Origin: a virus
Taxonomy: Duplodnaviria > Caudoviricetes
Length of the DNA stretch: 55,094 nt
Strand: one strand, 5' to 3'
Virus record (IMG/VR): IMGVR_UViG_3300042997_001345
Location: 1-55,094 of that record
A program made the translations under genes and the position numbers. Under the pieces are notes generated by a model. The model was not told the DNA's origin. It was given only the letters and a program-made list of their open reading frames with translations, and ran no database searches. Shown one piece after another: positions 10,025 to 18,353 of the stretch. Positions within the stretch are counted from its first letter, which is position 1; every line of letters begins with the position of its first letter.

Positions 10025-10532
10025 ATTTGGGGAAATGATCTTTGATGAACAAGATCTATGCAGTCTTGTGATGCAGGGTCAAGACATCACAAAATTCGAC
10101 GGTGTATTGGTAGACCCTCCGGTGGATTTGGAAACTGCTGCCCTTATATTAGAAAATGTTCCAAAATTCATCGAATACGACAAGTATGTAGAAGAAAACT
10201 TGAGTGTGGCAGAATTTGATCATCGTAATCAACAGCGTTGGTTTATGCCCGAAGAATACAAACAGTTAGACATTGCTAAACTGGTGCTGGATCTCTGCAA
10301 AACTGATGCAGAACTGCAACGGGTTGGCGAAGAATTATTATTATACCAAGAAAGAAATCTTTTTGATTTGTTGCGATACCTTAAATATCTTGTGGATATC
10401 ATGCAAGCCAATCAGTTAATTTGGGGAGTAGGACGCGGATCCAGTGTATCTAGTTATATACTTTATCTCATAGGTGTACACCGTGTCAACAGCATGTTTT
10501 ATGACTTAGACCCTACAGAATTTCTACGTTAA
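10008..10532 (+). CDS. Stand-alone fragment of DNA polymerase III alpha (DnaE-like)
   Basis: RV.EEL...YL..LVD...WGVGRGSSVSSYILYLIGVHRVN..YDL matches the DnaE GRGS region; ATG 10008 preferred over 9822. Confidence 0.75.
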   Translation: MTKTNKFGEMIFDEQDLCSLVMQGQDITKFDGVLVDPPVDLETAALILENVPKFIEYDKYVEENLSVAEFDHRNQQRWFMPEEYKQLDIAKLVLDLCKTDAELQRVGEELLLYQERNLFDLLRYLKYLVDIMQANQLIWGVGRGSSVSSYILYLIGVHRVNSMFYDLDPTEFLR

Positions 10533-10564
10533 ATATTATTGATATTTTATAAAAGGATAATGAA

Positions 10565-10999
10565 ATGACAAGAAAAATATATCGCACTGCACAAGGAAAA
10601 ATAGTTGACTTGGGTGCTTTGCAATTACAAAATGAACATGTTCGTGCAGTTGGAAATATGAATGTAAATGCTCGAGGAGACTTGTTAGATAGTCAAAACA
10701 AACCTATTGACTCTCGAAATCGACAAGTAGCTCGAAATTATAAAAAACAAATTACAAATGTTAATGATAACACAGTTTATTCTGACAAACAAAAAGCCCA
10801 GAATTTATCAGCTGCAATCGAAGCGGATATTCCAGTACCGCCAGAAGATTTTGACAACAACGTTAGTCGCAAAAGTTTAGAACTTGTTCCGGAACCAGCT
10901 CCTGCTGCAGGGTTGGCAGGTGCCATTGCTCGTGCAAGATCAGTAAAACAAGAGCCGTTGACACCCACCGGCAAGACCACCGGCTTTAAGAAAATCTAA
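10565..10999 (+). CDS. Hypothetical protein
   Basis: 144-aa ORF, AAGGA RBS, TAAATA at 10530. Confidence 0.7.
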   Translation: MTRKIYRTAQGKIVDLGALQLQNEHVRAVGNMNVNARGDLLDSQNKPIDSRNRQVARNYKKQITNVNDNTVYSDKQKAQNLSAAIEADIPVPPEDFDNNVSRKSLELVPEPAPAAGLAGAIARARSVKQEPLTPTGKTTGFKKI

Positions 11000-11007
11000 G
11001 GAACACA

Positions 11008-11391
11008 ATGACAAAACCAGCATTTAGTCCCACTAAAGTAATGAGCCTGCGTCCACTCAAGGACACAATATTAGTCACTGACATGCAGTTTAAAGAACGT
11101 AAACTCAACAGTGGTATTGTGTTGTTGAACGACAACGGTACCACTGCCGGTATAAGGCCACGCTGGGGTCGTGTGTACGCAGTAGGTCCAGACCAAACAG
11201 AATACACAGTGGGACAGTGGATCTGTGTAGCACACGGACGTTGGACTCGAGGGGTTGAGATTGAAGATGCCGAAGGTAACACTGTTACCATTCGTAAAAT
11301 TGACCCCAAAGATGTTTTACTACTATCAGACGAACAACCCAGCGACGACACCATGAGTGACGCTGTACAAGTATCACCTTCAAAACGATAA
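11008..11391 (+). CDS. groES: Co-chaperonin GroES-like protein
   Basis: LRPLKDTILV...SGIVL...GRVYAVGP...VG is the Cpn10 signature. Confidence 0.85.
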   Translation: MTKPAFSPTKVMSLRPLKDTILVTDMQFKERKLNSGIVLLNDNGTTAGIRPRWGRVYAVGPDQTEYTVGQWICVAHGRWTRGVEIEDAEGNTVTIRKIDPKDVLLLSDEQPSDDTMSDAVQVSPSKR

Positions 11392-11399
11392 CATCAATC

Positions 11400-11443
11400 T
11401 TGCACACTAACGCCATACATGTTATAATGCATGTATGGCGTTA
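11400..11443 (+). promoter_or_regulatory. Sigma70-like promoter with TATAAT in the loop of a perfect 14-bp inverted repeat
   Basis: TTGCAC 11400-11405, 17 nt, TATAAT 11423-11428 with TG extension; arms 11408-11421 and 11430-11443. Confidence 0.75.
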
Positions 11444-11460
11444 TTCAATAAAGGTAATCA

Positions 11461-12384
11461 ATGAAACAGTTATGGAAAGACAAGTACAGACCCAAGACAG
11501 TGACCGAGTATGCGTTTTCTGATGAAAATTTAAAGGCCCAAGTAGAATATTGGATCAAGAATGGTAGCATTCCACAACTGCTATTGAGTGGCAGTCCGGG
11601 CACAGGTAAAACTACGTTGGCTCGTGTGTTGATCAATGAGTTAGGTGTAGATCAGTTTGACATCATGGATGCCAATGGCAGTAAAGAAGCACGTAAGATT
11701 GAGTGGATAGACAAGCTGATCAGTTTTTGTCAAACCATGCCCTACGGTGACTTCAAGGTTGTGTTGATCGACGAAGCCGACTATATGAATCCCAATTCAG
11801 TGCAACCTGCACTGCGAGCCTTAATGGAAGATTACAGTGAGTCAGTGAGATTTATTTTGACCTGTAACTATCCCAACAAGATCTTGCCAGCCATACACAG
11901 TCGTTGCACAAACGTACACATTGACAAACCCGATGTCACAGAGTTTACTGCTCGCGCTGCCACTGTATTGGTCACCGAAGGCGTAGAATTTGATTTGGAT
12001 ACCTTGGATCTGTTTGTCAAAGCCACTTACCCAGATCTGCGTAAGTGTATGAATCTCTTGCAAGAAAACAGCATCACAGGAACATTGGTCAAACCCGCAA
12101 CATCAGGGCAATCAACTCAGGACTGGAAGTTGCAAGCAGTTGACTTATTCAAGCAAGGCCGTGTGCAGGATGCTCGCAAAGCTATCTGTAGTCAGGCTGG
12201 TGCCGAGGACATGGACTCCATGTATCGTTGGATGTACGACAACTTGGAACTGTGGAGTCAAGATACACACAAGCAGGATCAGGCCATTGTAATTATTCGC
12301 AATGCCATTGCTAATGTTCCGTTAGTAACTGACCAGGAAATCAATCTAGCAGCTTGTTTAATTGAGTTAGGGCAGTTAGCGTGA
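11461..12384 (+). CDS. Clamp loader AAA+ subunit (T4 gp44/RFC-small-like)
   Basis: WKDKYRPK, Walker A GSPGTGKT, Walker B VLIDEAD, FILTCNY, SRC motif. Confidence 0.92.
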   Translation: MKQLWKDKYRPKTVTEYAFSDENLKAQVEYWIKNGSIPQLLLSGSPGTGKTTLARVLINELGVDQFDIMDANGSKEARKIEWIDKLISFCQTMPYGDFKVVLIDEADYMNPNSVQPALRALMEDYSESVRFILTCNYPNKILPAIHSRCTNVHIDKPDVTEFTARAATVLVTEGVEFDLDTLDLFVKATYPDLRKCMNLLQENSITGTLVKPATSGQSTQDWKLQAVDLFKQGRVQDARKAICSQAGAEDMDSMYRWMYDNLELWSQDTHKQDQAIVIIRNAIANVPLVTDQEINLAACLIELGQLA

Positions 12385-13100
12385 CTGATTGGTTAAGTAG
12401 CAACTCTTGGATCTTCGTCAATTATGTTCCGGGTAGTTTTGGTAGTTTTTTAACCAAGTGTATTGAAAGTAGTACAGGAGTTGCCGGAACTAAAGAAAAA
12501 AATTTCTTTGATCAAGACAATGCCAGTCATTTGGGAATTAGTATTTGGATACACAAATTTCACAGTGGCGATGATTTAAAATATTGGCATGATCTTGATC
12601 ATACACAACGTCTAGAATTTCTTCAATTAAATATTCAACCTACTCAGCACATGCAACGTCGAGTACATAGATTAACAAATCCACGAATCAACAGAGAAAT
12701 ACAACAGTATTTTCCAAATGCCAGATTTGTCAAAATATGTGTACAACCCGATATGTTATCATTTGTTACTAAACAAATGGCTGATAAAACATACACGGAA
12801 TGGATTAAAAAAATTGCAACTATAAATCCGTCGTTGCATCAAGTCATCGACAGGGTTCCAGAAAGTTTATCTAGAAAAAAATACCTAGATGAAAGTCAAA
12901 AATATATCGAAACAATTATTGATAACACAGAAGAATTGCATACATATAATTTTGATGTTGCTAATTTTGTTAATTGGGAAAGATTTACAGCGGCTATAAA
13001 TCGATTGTACAAGTGGCTTGACATTCCACCGGCTGATATACAAGACATTTATACAGAATTCCACAAAAGACATCAACCTTTTGTGGAATCTGTGCTGTAA
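12381..13100 (+). CDS. Hypothetical protein (possible sulfotransferase-like P-loop fold)
   Basis: AT-rich ORF; N-terminal IFVNYVPGSFGSFL resembles ICIVYPSGAHGHFL of 43097..43924. Confidence 0.55.
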   Translation: MTDWLSSNSWIFVNYVPGSFGSFLTKCIESSTGVAGTKEKNFFDQDNASHLGISIWIHKFHSGDDLKYWHDLDHTQRLEFLQLNIQPTQHMQRRVHRLTNPRINREIQQYFPNARFVKICVQPDMLSFVTKQMADKTYTEWIKKIATINPSLHQVIDRVPESLSRKKYLDESQKYIETIIDNTEELHTYNFDVANFVNWERFTAAINRLYKWLDIPPADIQDIYTEFHKRHQPFVESVL

Positions 13101-13196
13101 AATATTTTAATTAGAACAAGTTATAATTTTGACACAAAGATGTAAGTAACATACTACCAAATTTTTATTTGGTAACTTAATTAAACAGAGGAAAAT

Positions 13197-13475
13197 ATGA
13201 GAAAATTAATTGCAGGGGTTACTATGAACCCAGAACAGAATGTTGAATGGTACACAGTTAAATTAAAAAATCAGGACGGCACTTACAATACACTTCTTTC
13301 TGAAAAATTTGATCGTAAAAAATCCTACGGTGTAGATTTTGCCATCGAGACTGCAGAAAGAGTTCTAACAGACCAATTAATTGCTGCGTTAACTACCGAA
13401 GAAATTGCATGGATACGTACTATTGATGCAGTAGAGTATCAAGAAGAAATAAAGACTGCTGGATTGCAAATTTAA
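13197..13475 (+). CDS. Hypothetical protein
   Basis: GAGGA RBS, 92 aa. Confidence 0.65.
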   Translation: MRKLIAGVTMNPEQNVEWYTVKLKNQDGTYNTLLSEKFDRKKSYGVDFAIETAERVLTDQLIAALTTEEIAWIRTIDAVEYQEEIKTAGLQI

Positions 13476-13476
13476 A

Positions 13477-13770
13477 ATGCGATATTTTCTAATCAGTTAT
13501 TACAAAAAGCCCAACGGTCAAATGGACGAAGTTGTTGCTGTTAGCAATAGGTTAAAACACAAAGACCGCCAGACAGCCGCAGTTATACTTGACTTTCAAA
13601 CTCAAAGTGTGCTACAATGTAGTATGAATGGTACTACTGTTCCTAAAGATTGGGATCGTATAGTGTCATTCTATTATCAGCATTATGCTGCCACATTTGA
13701 TAGGTTAGCTAAAGAAAATGGAATTGAATTTAAAACGGCAGAACCCGAACCAGAAGTTAATCTTAGTTGA
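13477..13770 (+). CDS. Hypothetical protein
   Basis: 97-aa ORF abutting upstream stop. Confidence 0.65.
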   Translation: MRYFLISYYKKPNGQMDEVVAVSNRLKHKDRQTAAVILDFQTQSVLQCSMNGTTVPKDWDRIVSFYYQHYAATFDRLAKENGIEFKTAEPEPEVNLS

Positions 13771-14329
13771 TTGCGATGGCGTAATCCTTGATTGGGAGTA
13801 CGCCTTTGATGTTTATATGCAACAGCATGGTTTCAACAAGGTAGAAGGCGGTGGTCTTAAGTACAGTATTGGTGCACGTTACAACATTTCCGACGATCAA
13901 GGTCGTAAACTGATAAAGATCTTTAATGAATCTGCCCATATCGGCTTTTTACCTCCGTTACGCGATGCTATGTACTATGTCAAACGCTTGCACGAAGAAC
14001 ACGGATATGTATTCCATACCATTACCAGTTTAAGCCAAGATCCCAATGCGTGTGAACTACGTAGAATGAACTTGCAGAAATTGTTTGGGAAAACGGCATT
14101 TGAACATTTTGTGTTTTTAGATACTGGTGCTGATAAAGATGCAGCATTAGAACCGTATCGTGATACAGGATACTACTGGATCGAAGACAAGATTACTAAT
14201 GCCCAAGTGGGACGAGACCTTGGACTTCGAAGCCTGTTAATGGAACACGGACATAACATGGACTACACAGATTCTGAGATTCCCCGCGTTCGAAACTGGC
14301 GGGAAATCTACGAGATCGTTACAGGTTAG
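13718..14329 (+). CDS. HAD-family phosphatase, 5'(3')-deoxyribonucleotidase-like
   Basis: ILVDCDGVI (DxDG), ITS, K and WIEDK motifs. Confidence 0.8.
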   Translation: MELNLKRQNPNQKLILVDCDGVILDWEYAFDVYMQQHGFNKVEGGGLKYSIGARYNISDDQGRKLIKIFNESAHIGFLPPLRDAMYYVKRLHEEHGYVFHTITSLSQDPNACELRRMNLQKLFGKTAFEHFVFLDTGADKDAALEPYRDTGYYWIEDKITNAQVGRDLGLRSLLMEHGHNMDYTDSEIPRVRNWREIYEIVTG

Positions 14330-15069
14330 TCTTGGTATATTCCCAACACTGTTGTAATAATTGAGTGACGTTGAATATCTTTTGTACCTAGTTGGCACAC
14401 TTGTAGGCCTTTAGACGGAGTCCGCTCTAACCTAGCAGCGATGTCGATTAGGCCGTTGTTGACCGTGGTTCGATCTGTTTGTTCAACGTCACCCGTGACC
14501 ACTATTCTGCTGCCTACACCTATGCGTGTCAGCAGCATTTTCATTTGGCTGGGAGTCGCATTCTGCATTTCATCGGCGATGATATAGGCAGACTTAAAGG
14601 TACGACCCCGCATGAATGCCAAGGGTGATATCTCAATAATGTGATCTGCAAGCATTTGTGCAACATCTTTAGGCGAATAGTATTCATGTAATACATCCAA
14701 TAAAGGTCTAGTCCAAGGCTCCATCTTTTGATTTAGATCGCCTGGTAAAAATCCATGTTTTTCGTCGTCGACACCGACAGCGGGACGAGTCAATACTATT
14801 TTGTCAATTTCTCCTGTGCGTAAGGCTTTGATAGCAGCTTGCATGGCCAAGTAAGTTTTACCTGTGCCTGCTGGACCTACTGCTATAGTGATATGGGTTT
14901 CCGGATCAAATAAGCTCAATACCAAGCGTTCTTGTGCTCGACTTTTTGGTATAATTTCTATGGCTTTTTGTCGGGTTCTTTTTTCTGGTTGGTTAAAGTT
15001 GATGGTGTTTTCTACTTCGTAATGCTGTTGCTTCTGGCGTTGCGCCTTTACTCCTCTGGCTCTGCTCAA
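14326..15069 (-). CDS. phoH: PhoH-like ATPase
   Basis: GPAGTGKT, LTRPAV, GFLPGDL, PLAFMRGRTF, DEMQNAT, TGDVEQTD; TTG start at 15069 chosen from GAGGAG RBS. Confidence 0.95.
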   Translation of the reverse strand: MSRARGVKAQRQKQQHYEVENTINFNQPEKRTRQKAIEIIPKSRAQERLVLSLFDPETHITIAVGPAGTGKTYLAMQAAIKALRTGEIDKIVLTRPAVGVDDEKHGFLPGDLNQKMEPWTRPLLDVLHEYYSPKDVAQMLADHIIEISPLAFMRGRTFKSAYIIADEMQNATPSQMKMLLTRIGVGSRIVVTGDVEQTDRTTVNNGLIDIAARLERTPSKGLQVCQLGTKDIQRHSIITTVLGIYQD

Positions 15070-15243
15070 ATCAGTTTCTCCTCGGTTGAACACAGTTTTT
15101 CCTCGCTACCCTACACATACTTACACCGGTAATCCAGCGAGTTTAGTGTGCTGTGTTATTGACTGTGATCTGCCATAAGTATTTCTCTAGGCGGCCAATA
15201 TTCAAAAACTCACATGCTTGATGTTTGTTATAAATACAACACT

Positions 15244-15813
15244 ATGGCAAACAACAAACTCGACAAAGACATTTTTAAGAACCACGAAGACTACTGGCTT
15301 GTGGCCGAAAACATCAAAAATTTATACTTGTCAGAAGGCAGTTTGCTGACCCTTCTAGACTTTGAACGAGTATTAGATGACTTAGATTTATACGCATTTA
15401 AAAACTGGGGTCTGGGAGAACTGGTCAGCGGTCCTGACATTGGCAAATACAAAGTAGGGTGCATTTTCATGTGGCCTGAAAAGCTGATGCCGGATCCCAG
15501 AGGTGCCCGTCGTTTGTTGCCGTTTGATTGCGAAGTCAGATTCAAGAAAACTACAATCAAAATCCCAGTAAAGATCGAAGAACCCGATGACTATATTCCT
15601 GGCACACGCAAGGCTCGCTTGATCGAAAGACCAGTTTGGTTGGTTGAAATTGTCATGCCCAAGAGTTTAATGAGCGATATACGTACAGGTTCAATCGAAA
15701 TGGAAGATCAAGACATTGATTTAGAAGAACTAGATCAAGCCTACGAGCAGGATCTGGACCAAGAAGAATTCAAACAAGATGAACAAAATGAACAACCAGC
15801 ACCCACAGTATAA
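15244..15813 (+). CDS. Hypothetical protein with acidic C-terminus
   Basis: Perfect TATAAATA at 15229-15236, 7 nt before ATG 15244. Confidence 0.7.
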   Translation: MANNKLDKDIFKNHEDYWLVAENIKNLYLSEGSLLTLLDFERVLDDLDLYAFKNWGLGELVSGPDIGKYKVGCIFMWPEKLMPDPRGARRLLPFDCEVRFKKTTIKIPVKIEEPDDYIPGTRKARLIERPVWLVEIVMPKSLMSDIRTGSIEMEDQDIDLEELDQAYEQDLDQEEFKQDEQNEQPAPTV

Positions 15814-16342
15814 GCCACTTACAGAAGGTCTAGAATACAAGGACATGGTGGGTATTCTCAAACCCACCATGCACGTGGATGAATTTTCTAGCAAAATGGG
15901 TGATGACGATGATGTCATTGTTGTTAGTTTTTTTGTGCGTAACAAACAAGCAGCACAAGATCTAGCTTCTTGGTTCGAAAAAGGTTATGATTGGGTATTG
16001 GATGCCGATATCAGTCCGGGAGAAATCAAACCCGGACGTTTCTTGGTTTATATTGAACTGCGTCGCAGAAGTTCAGCCGGTAGAAATTTAGCCGTTGCAG
16101 TCGACGATCTTGCCAGTTTAACTGAGCACGAACCCGCAGACTGGATCATGGTCTACAAAGACAACGAAACACCATTTAGCCATGAAGAGTTTGATCTTCG
16201 AGTACCTCTAAGTCCCAAACAATATCGCAAAGAAACTGAAAGTGGTTTGAATGAAATGCGAGCAGCCGCCGGTATTGATCCAAAACAAATTTACAAACGC
16301 GAACGAGATATTCAACAGCTACAAGCCGCAGCTGGTATATAA
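15779..16342 (+). CDS. Hypothetical protein
   Basis: 187-aa ORF; exact start uncertain. Confidence 0.7.
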   Translation: MNKMNNQHPQYKPLTEGLEYKDMVGILKPTMHVDEFSSKMGDDDDVIVVSFFVRNKQAAQDLASWFEKGYDWVLDADISPGEIKPGRFLVYIELRRRSSAGRNLAVAVDDLASLTEHEPADWIMVYKDNETPFSHEEFDLRVPLSPKQYRKETESGLNEMRAAAGIDPKQIYKRERDIQQLQAAAGI

Positions 16343-16365
16343 ACATATTAAACAATTTATTTTAT

Positions 16366-17073
16366 ATGAAACTTAAAAGTTTTGGATGTAGTTTCATCTA
16401 CGGCAGTGACCTTGCTGACGAAAAAACAAGACCTCATGAGCATCGTGCCAGCGAATTAACATGGACTGCTTTGATGGCCAAACAGTTTGGACTTCAATAT
16501 GAATGTTTTGCCAAAGCCGGCTGCGGAAATTTACGAATTTTAGAGAGAATAATTCAGCAATCATGTATATCAGATAAAAATGATCTGTTTGTAATTGGTT
16601 GGTCTTGGATTGATCGTTTTGATTATTACGATATCTATGACAGTAAACAATATCATTATTCAAACTGGAAAACTGTTCTCCCTAAACAAGAAACAACTCA
16701 ATCCGATATCTATTATAGAAATTTTCATGCTCAATACAAAGATAAATTTACAACTTTGCTTTACATACGTGCTGCGATTGACACACTGAACCAAAAACAA
16801 ATTCCGTTTATTATGACCAATATTGACAATCTAATTTTTGAAACAGAATGGCATGTAGCTGATGCAGTATTAGACTTACAAAAGTATGTGGGACCGTGGA
16901 TTACCTCTTTTAACAACAAGACATTTTTAGAATGGAGTCAAGAAAATAAATTTCCCATAAGCGATGCTAATCATCCATTGGAACAAGCACATCGAGCAGC
17001 AGCCGATTTAATATCTAATAAAATACAACAATCCAAGTTGCCCGATAGATTAATATATAGTAAATCTTATTGA
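16366..17073 (+). CDS. SGNH-hydrolase-like hypothetical protein
   Basis: FGCSFIYG (GxS block), AKAGCGN, IGWS and C-terminal HP..AH; AT-rich. Confidence 0.6.
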   Translation: MKLKSFGCSFIYGSDLADEKTRPHEHRASELTWTALMAKQFGLQYECFAKAGCGNLRILERIIQQSCISDKNDLFVIGWSWIDRFDYYDIYDSKQYHYSNWKTVLPKQETTQSDIYYRNFHAQYKDKFTTLLYIRAAIDTLNQKQIPFIMTNIDNLIFETEWHVADAVLDLQKYVGPWITSFNNKTFLEWSQENKFPISDANHPLEQAHRAAADLISNKIQQSKLPDRLIYSKSY

Positions 17074-17098
17074 CTCGTAGATACATTAATGTTATAAT
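17070..17098 (+). promoter_or_regulatory. Sigma70-like promoter for dnaJ-like gene
   Basis: TTGACT-17 nt-TATAAT with TG extension, 6 nt before GTG 17105. Confidence 0.7.
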
Positions 17099-17104
17099 TA
17101 CAGT

Positions 17105-17893
17105 GTGAAAGATTATTACAAAACATTAGGTATTAATAAATCAGCCGCTGCTGATGATATCAAAAAAGCCTACCGCAAATTGGCCAGTCAGCACCACCCC
17201 GATAAAGGTGGTGATACTGCACGATTTCAGGAAATACAAGAAGCCTACGCTGTTTTAAGCGATGTAGAAAAAAGACAGCAGTATGATAACCCCGTGCCGC
17301 ATTTTTCTCAATCAGGCGGAACAAACTTTGATTTTGATGCAATATTCAACATTTTTGGTGCTGATCTTAGAAATCAACGTAGACAGGCACCGCGTCTTAG
17401 CATTTGGATATCGTTAACTGATGTGTTCATTGGTGGTCCTAGAACACTATCATTGCAGTCTGATATAGGAACAAGTCAAATTGAAATTGATATTCCAGTT
17501 GGTGTCAGAGATAACGACAATATTCGTTATCCTGGACTAGGGCCAGGAGGCCAGGATTTAATAATAAATTATCGAATTCGCCCAGATCCCAAATGGAATC
17601 ACGACGGTACAAATATTATTACAGAGATTTCTGTGGATATATGGGATTTAATATTGGGAAGTGATTTGACAATAGTAGACATACTGGGGAAAGAGTTAAT
17701 GGTCAAAATACCTTCAGAAACACAACCTCAATCAATACTAAGAGCACGAGGCCGGGGACTTCCTGCCAGAAGATTAAATGGCGATCGCATTGATTCGCCA
17801 CCCGGTGATTTGCTTATTAAATTGCATGCCAAAATAAACTCTCCAGTGGATCCCACTATCCTACATGCCATTAGGAAATCCCGTGGGCAATAA
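17105..17893 (+). CDS. DnaJ-class chaperone (J domain plus C-terminal domain, no zinc finger; CbpA-like)
   Basis: DYYKTLG...[26 protein letters not shown]; C-terminal GDL motif. Confidence 0.9.
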   Translation: MKDYYKTLGINKSAAADDIKKAYRKLASQHHPDKGGDTARFQEIQEAYAVLSDVEKRQQYDNPVPHFSQSGGTNFDFDAIFNIFGADLRNQRRQAPRLSIWISLTDVFIGGPRTLSLQSDIGTSQIEIDIPVGVRDNDNIRYPGLGPGGQDLIINYRIRPDPKWNHDGTNIITEISVDIWDLILGSDLTIVDILGKELMVKIPSETQPQSILRARGRGLPARRLNGDRIDSPPGDLLIKLHAKINSPVDPTILHAIRKSRGQ

Positions 17894-17900
17894 ATACCGT

Positions 17901-18353
17901 ATGGAACTGACACGCCGTACACTACGACTTAAACTAAAGCCAGCCGATCTACACAATCAATGGGCCAATGAAGATCTAGTGATTCGCATGCTTCAAGTCA
18001 TGCACGAACACCACGGCATTGGACTTGCTGCCAACCAAGTTGGCGAAAGAATTCGAATGTTTGTAATGTACATTGACGGACATAGTTGGGGCTGCTTCAA
18101 TCCCGAAATAGTGCAAACTTACAACGACCTTACCGAATTTGACGAAGGATGCTTGAGTTTTCCCGGAGAAACGTGTATAATAAAACGTCCCGACACTATT
18201 GATGTACGTTACTATGATGTAGCCGGGATTGAAGTGGTTGAAAAACTAACAGGGCTGGCCAGTAGATGTTTCCAACACGAACTGGATCACTTAAACGGTA
18301 TTACCATGCACGATCGTTACAAGGAACAAAATGCAGAACAATCCGGAAATTGA
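17901..18353 (+). CDS. def: Peptide deformylase
   Basis: GIGLAANQVG, EGCLS and QHELDHLNG; TAAATA 4 nt before ATG 17901. Confidence 0.95.
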   Translation: MELTRRTLRLKLKPADLHNQWANEDLVIRMLQVMHEHHGIGLAANQVGERIRMFVMYIDGHSWGCFNPEIVQTYNDLTEFDEGCLSFPGETCIIKRPDTIDVRYYDVAGIEVVEKLTGLASRCFQHELDHLNGITMHDRYKEQNAEQSGN

